The notes below the pieces were generated by a model that made no database searches, had not been told where the DNA came from, and was given only the letters and a program-made list of their open reading frames with translations. A stretch of DNA of 63,415 nucleotides, the filler included, from Folioceros fuciformis (Eukaryota): the NCBI GenBank assembly GCA_049999805.1. It is 13 parts of 13 records of this genome, joined end to end, with 100 filler letters (N's around TTAATTAATTAA, not from the genome) between each part and the next. Parts side by side here need not be neighbours in the genome. Positions count along the whole stretch, not along the records: positions 59,241 to 62,159 come from JBNGIO010005543.1; positions 62,260 to 63,415 come from JBNGIO010005544.1; 11 more parts are not named here. One strand, written 5' to 3'. A program made the position numbers and the translations under genes. The first letter of the stretch is position 1. Every line of letters starts with the position of its first letter. Shown in pieces: positions 59,141 through 63,415 of the stretch.

Positions 59141-62100
59141 NNNNNNNNNNNNNNNNNNNNNNNNNNNNNNNNNNNNNNNNNNNNTTAATTAATTAANNNN
59201 NNNNNNNNNNNNNNNNNNNNNNNNNNNNNNNNNNNNNNNNTGTAGAGCAGCGGGCCCTGTCCGTTGTCACCGAAGATGCAGTCCAAAAGTGTCACCCTCT
59301 CCAGGACTCCCACCACTTCCCCCAGCAGGCCGGCAACCAATCCCTGGTTCAGCTTCAAGCTCTGCAATCGCAATTCCAGATGCACAGCCGAGGAGCTGAT
59401 GTGAGAACATTACAAGGACATGACGATGACACTGTACACCATCAGTGAAATGAAGACAGAGTTTGTTGAGTTGAGATGTTCGGCACCGACCACGTAGGCG
59501 CCGAGGTTTAGGAGGCTGCAGCTGGTGCTGGGATGGAGCGGCAGATCTACGAACGCTTGCAGCAGCGAGTTGCTCTTGAACAGGCTCACGTCGGCCCAGA
59601 GGAGGTCGATGCACGCAATGCTGAGGTCGGCGTTCACGTACACCCTGATCTCTCCCAACACGGCCTGCACCAGGCCCAGCAGACCGTCGCCATACACCAC
59701 CTCGCCTGGATGGTGAGATCCCCAGGTCACCGTCTGCGTAGTCGACAGGAGCTTGCGGTTGTTCTTCTGTACAATGTGCACGACGTCCCACGGGATCAAT
59801 GGACGGGTAGCATGGTGCAGGGAGGTGATGAATCACCATCTACATTCGACATTACAGGAGACATATCCCATGTAAAAACCTGGTAGGTTGAAGCTTGAGC
59901 CACGTCTGCAACAGACGAGCCGAAAATCTACAAGAACATACAGTGCAAGCGGGTACCGTCAGCAGCCTAGCTATTCCTCGGCAACCCTATGATCAAACAC
60001 AAAGTTGTACATGCGCAGCAGCCTGCTCACGGCAATTGGTGCACAGGGATCAATGTGCATTGGGTCTCACAGCCAGGATCATCAGCAGGGCGGCAGTCTT
60101 GGAAGCCATTCTTGCAAAGTCGGAAGGTCGAGAACGATAGTACAAGCCTTTGAAATCGTTGTAGAAGGATCCGGAGTTCCTAAGAGATATGCACACATAC
60201 GAACGAGGCTGGACAGACCGCAAGGCTTGGTGGGTTTTATAGTATTGCGAGCGTTGAAAGATATCTCATGCAAGAGTCAGAACTGCGGCAGCTCCACCCT
60301 ACTGCCTTCCTTCTCCTTGCCGCGTGTACCATCGTTTGGCAGACTGTTATAGGATGATGGGATCCTTGCGACCGCGCTAGTAATGCCATATTTGGCACAT
60401 GCTACAGCACGTCTGAGACTCGAGGCTATTAGTGGTGTAGCCTATGGGACATCTGTGTCGAAGCTTATCTTTGAGGTTTTCGCACTTTCCAGAGTGCCGA
60501 AAGGAGCACCAAGGCGCCCCTTCTGCCATCAAATAACAAGCTTCCACGATGTCCGTCTCGATCAACACTTTGCAGGATTTCCACCAGTCGCTTTGAAGCG
60601 TTTCCACCCCTTCATTCGTTGGCCACCTAGTACATAAATAAGAGGTTTTTCTTGGGGTCCGTTCATCTAATGACAGCACAGGTTGGAAAACAGGAAGCTG
60701 CAGCTTTCGTTTTGAAACATGTGTAGCTATGCATGGGACATAAGTACGGATGGGGCCATTGTTTTCGCTAAGCAGAGTCACCGACAAGGTTACTAGCCAT
60801 GTCCCGCCCATAATTCATAGCATGGTTTCATGTTAGCTCCTCCCTCATTGGAGGTGGCTTAACGTTCACAGTCCATTTCACAGTACGGGTTCACTTGACG
60901 CACTACTGTCCTGTACAGCTTAGAGGAACAACTGGCCATATGTCACTGCATTCTTGTTTGCAGTGTCCCTATGAGAATTTCCATACCCTATCCAGTCCTC
61001 GAATTGCCTACCGACCATCAAGTTGCTTCTCGAAAGCGGGCCCCTTTTCCTGTCCACACAGGCCAATACAGGACGGGAGGCGATTTTGTCGTCAACGGAA
61101 TTGCTTCATCGAAGTTCTTGAATGTTAACAAAAACAGAAGAGTAGCGCGCTGACAGCCTCAGGGAAATCGCCATCTCGCACTCGTTCTTGCCATGCATCC
61201 TGGCAGCAGCGATGAAACGCCTCATCCAACTGGAATGATTAAAGCAAGCAAGCAGACAAGTAAGCTGCGACCTGTTCAGGAATTGGACAGATGTAGAGTT
61301 CACGAGCAGGCGCTCAACTTACAAGGAGACCACACAAACGGCTAATATCTTCCTGTGCGGGCGCAGTTGAACGTTGAACAAGCCTGAAAAGGAAATCAAA
61401 GTTTGAAAGCAGTCCGCGTCATACCCATATTGGATGACCGGACATGAAGCCGGGAACGGAGACCGTTCAGTGTCGAACACAATTCCTCTACCTACGATTT
61501 CAGCTGGGTGAAGCAGATCATCAGTGGAAGTTTCAAAGTGAATCACCGCCTCTCACGTTTGAAATCGGAACACGCGGACTAGAAACCTTGAATTTCTTGA
61601 AAATGCGAATGCTTCTTTCTTCTGCCGTTAGATCGCTCCAGAAGTGCACTTGAGAGCTTCCATGAAAAATCAGGAAGTTGAACATGAAAAAATCACAATC
61701 CTGAAATAAATCAGTCGCCTGTTAGCTTGGTTCAATGTCAAACTCATTCGGGAATGCTGGCCAGAAACCTGTTTCATGCTCTCTTGCTCGTTCTTCACGC
61801 TCTGTTCTTCGGTTTGCTTCAGGCACTGCTCTCTTCTTCGTGCTGAAAACGAGTAACTGTGCGTTTCTTGAGACTTCCAGCAGTGTGCAACATTTCACAT
61901 CCACTCGTTTCTGGACGTAGACTGGAATTGAAGAATGTCACCCACTGCTGAAAGTCTCGAGAAAATCGCAGCCACTCCGTTACTTCGTCCGAAATCTCAT
62001 CGAATTCGCTGGGCGCGCGCAGGCCTTGCCCTTGTCATTGCGCATAGGAGGGACAGATGACTTTGCTTCTCCTGAAACTTCAGGAGTGGGCTAGCTTTTC

Positions 62101-62259
62101 CCACAACCAGCCGGTTTGTGAAATTGTGAGCCCACTGCTGAAAGTCTCAGGAAAATCAANNNNNNNNNNNNNNNNNNNNNNNNNNNNNNNNNNNNNNNNN
62201 NNNTTAATTAATTAANNNNNNNNNNNNNNNNNNNNNNNNNNNNNNNNNNNNNNNNNNNN

Positions 62260-63415
62260 ACTAACTTCCATGTGTGGAGAGATCGCATGGTTGAGATCCT
62301 TAAATCCAGGAGGCTGTGGGGCTATGTTGGAGGTCAAGGCACACCTCCTGTCGTTATCCCAAAGCCAGTCGCACCAGATGACTTTGCTGTTTGGGAAGAA
62401 GCTGATCAGACTGCAAGAACGCTTTTGCAGCTGAGTGTGAAGAGTACCCATATTGGGGTCTTCCAAGGTGCACAAACAGCAGAATAATACTGGCAACAAG
62501 TAAATGAAGTCTACGACTCAAGGGACTTGATGCTGCAAACTTATGTGCTAGAACAGTTTGCAGGACTGAAAATGACGGAGGCGGATACAGTGGACAAGCA
62601 TGTCCTTGACTTCCGAAACTGGAGAGCCAAGCTCATCTCTGCTGGCTTCGACCTGGCTGAAGAATTAATAGCAGTAATCTTGCTGACTACGCTGCCCGAA
62701 TCCTGGACGGGTGTTGTACACAGCCTGCAGGAAGTCCGCCCAATCACTGTGAACAGGGTGATAGCTGCTATGCTAACTGAGGAGTCCCGGAAAAGAATTG
62801 CGAGTACTAGCCTTAACAGCGACAGAGCGCTATATTCTAATGACAAGGCCTTATGGTTGAACAAACCTGGACGGGGTCGAGGCCAAAGAGGCCGTGGAGT
62901 TTTCACGAGAGGAGGCCGAGGAGCCAGAGGAGGCCGAGGAGGTTTCAGACCTCAAAATTCTGCTGGTGGACGATCTAGACCACCATACGGCCACTGTGGT
63001 ATGACAAACCACTCATGGGAAACCTACAGGAAACGGTTGGCAGGTGAAAGTGGCCATTCTGGCCCCTCTGGACATCTTGCTGTTACTATGAACAAGTATA
63101 GTCGTGCCTTCTTCTCCAACGTGTCACCTGTCACCCCTGTTGCCGCCTCCACAAAAGTTTCCAATTCCCAATGCAACGTGGTCACCTGTTATGCCAGCCA
63201 GAAGGAGCATACCTGGTATATCGATAGCGGGGCATCACAACATATGACCCCGCATGCCTCCTACTTCACTGAAATGCATGAAAGTGAGCCAGCTAAGTAT
63301 GTATGTCTTGGGGACGACACCAAGCATAGAATTGAAGGACAGGATACCATAAACCTTGACCTGGAGCCAGCTCAGCACATAGCAATTCCGGATGTCCTGT
63401 ACGTACCTGGCCTGA
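62260..63415 (+). mobile_element. Ty1/copia gag-protease fragment
   Basis: NFHVWRDRM..LWGYV gag start, LLTTLPESW, RGG-rich tract, WYIDSGASQHM. Confidence 0.88.

Overview
Eukaryotic (land-plant) nuclear DNA made of 13 separate contigs joined by artificial 100-bp spacers (44 N + TTAATTAATTAA + 44 N). Adjacency across spacers has no biological meaning. A PLS-PPR gene ending in a KP/HAE/DRH-type DYW domain, short introns and a compact gene block point to a hornwort-like seed-free plant (inference). Most small contigs are LTR retrotransposon pieces (mainly Ty1/copia, some Ty3/gypsy), often nested. One 29.7-kb contig (22689-52421) is gene-rich: RPT3 pseudogene, PPR relic, F-box gene, folate-biopterin transporter, intronless CENP-C, intronless pyruvate kinase, AT-rich intronless RD21-like protease, two tandem PPR-DYW genes and a truncated DRP5A pseudogene. 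Most notable observations: (1) a gypsy-type polyprotein fragment carrying a C5 DNA methyltransferase domain directly after its protease (4469-5446); (2) a copia LTR that is itself a long palindrome with ~190-bp arms, followed by a half-tRNAiMet PBS (55579-56150); (3) antisense ORFs between RNase H and the PPT in three different copia elements; (4) a candidate U-to-C editing DRH factor next to a PPR whose DYW domain has lost the HxE motif; (5) a Sola-like transposase nested in a copia that is itself nested in another copia.
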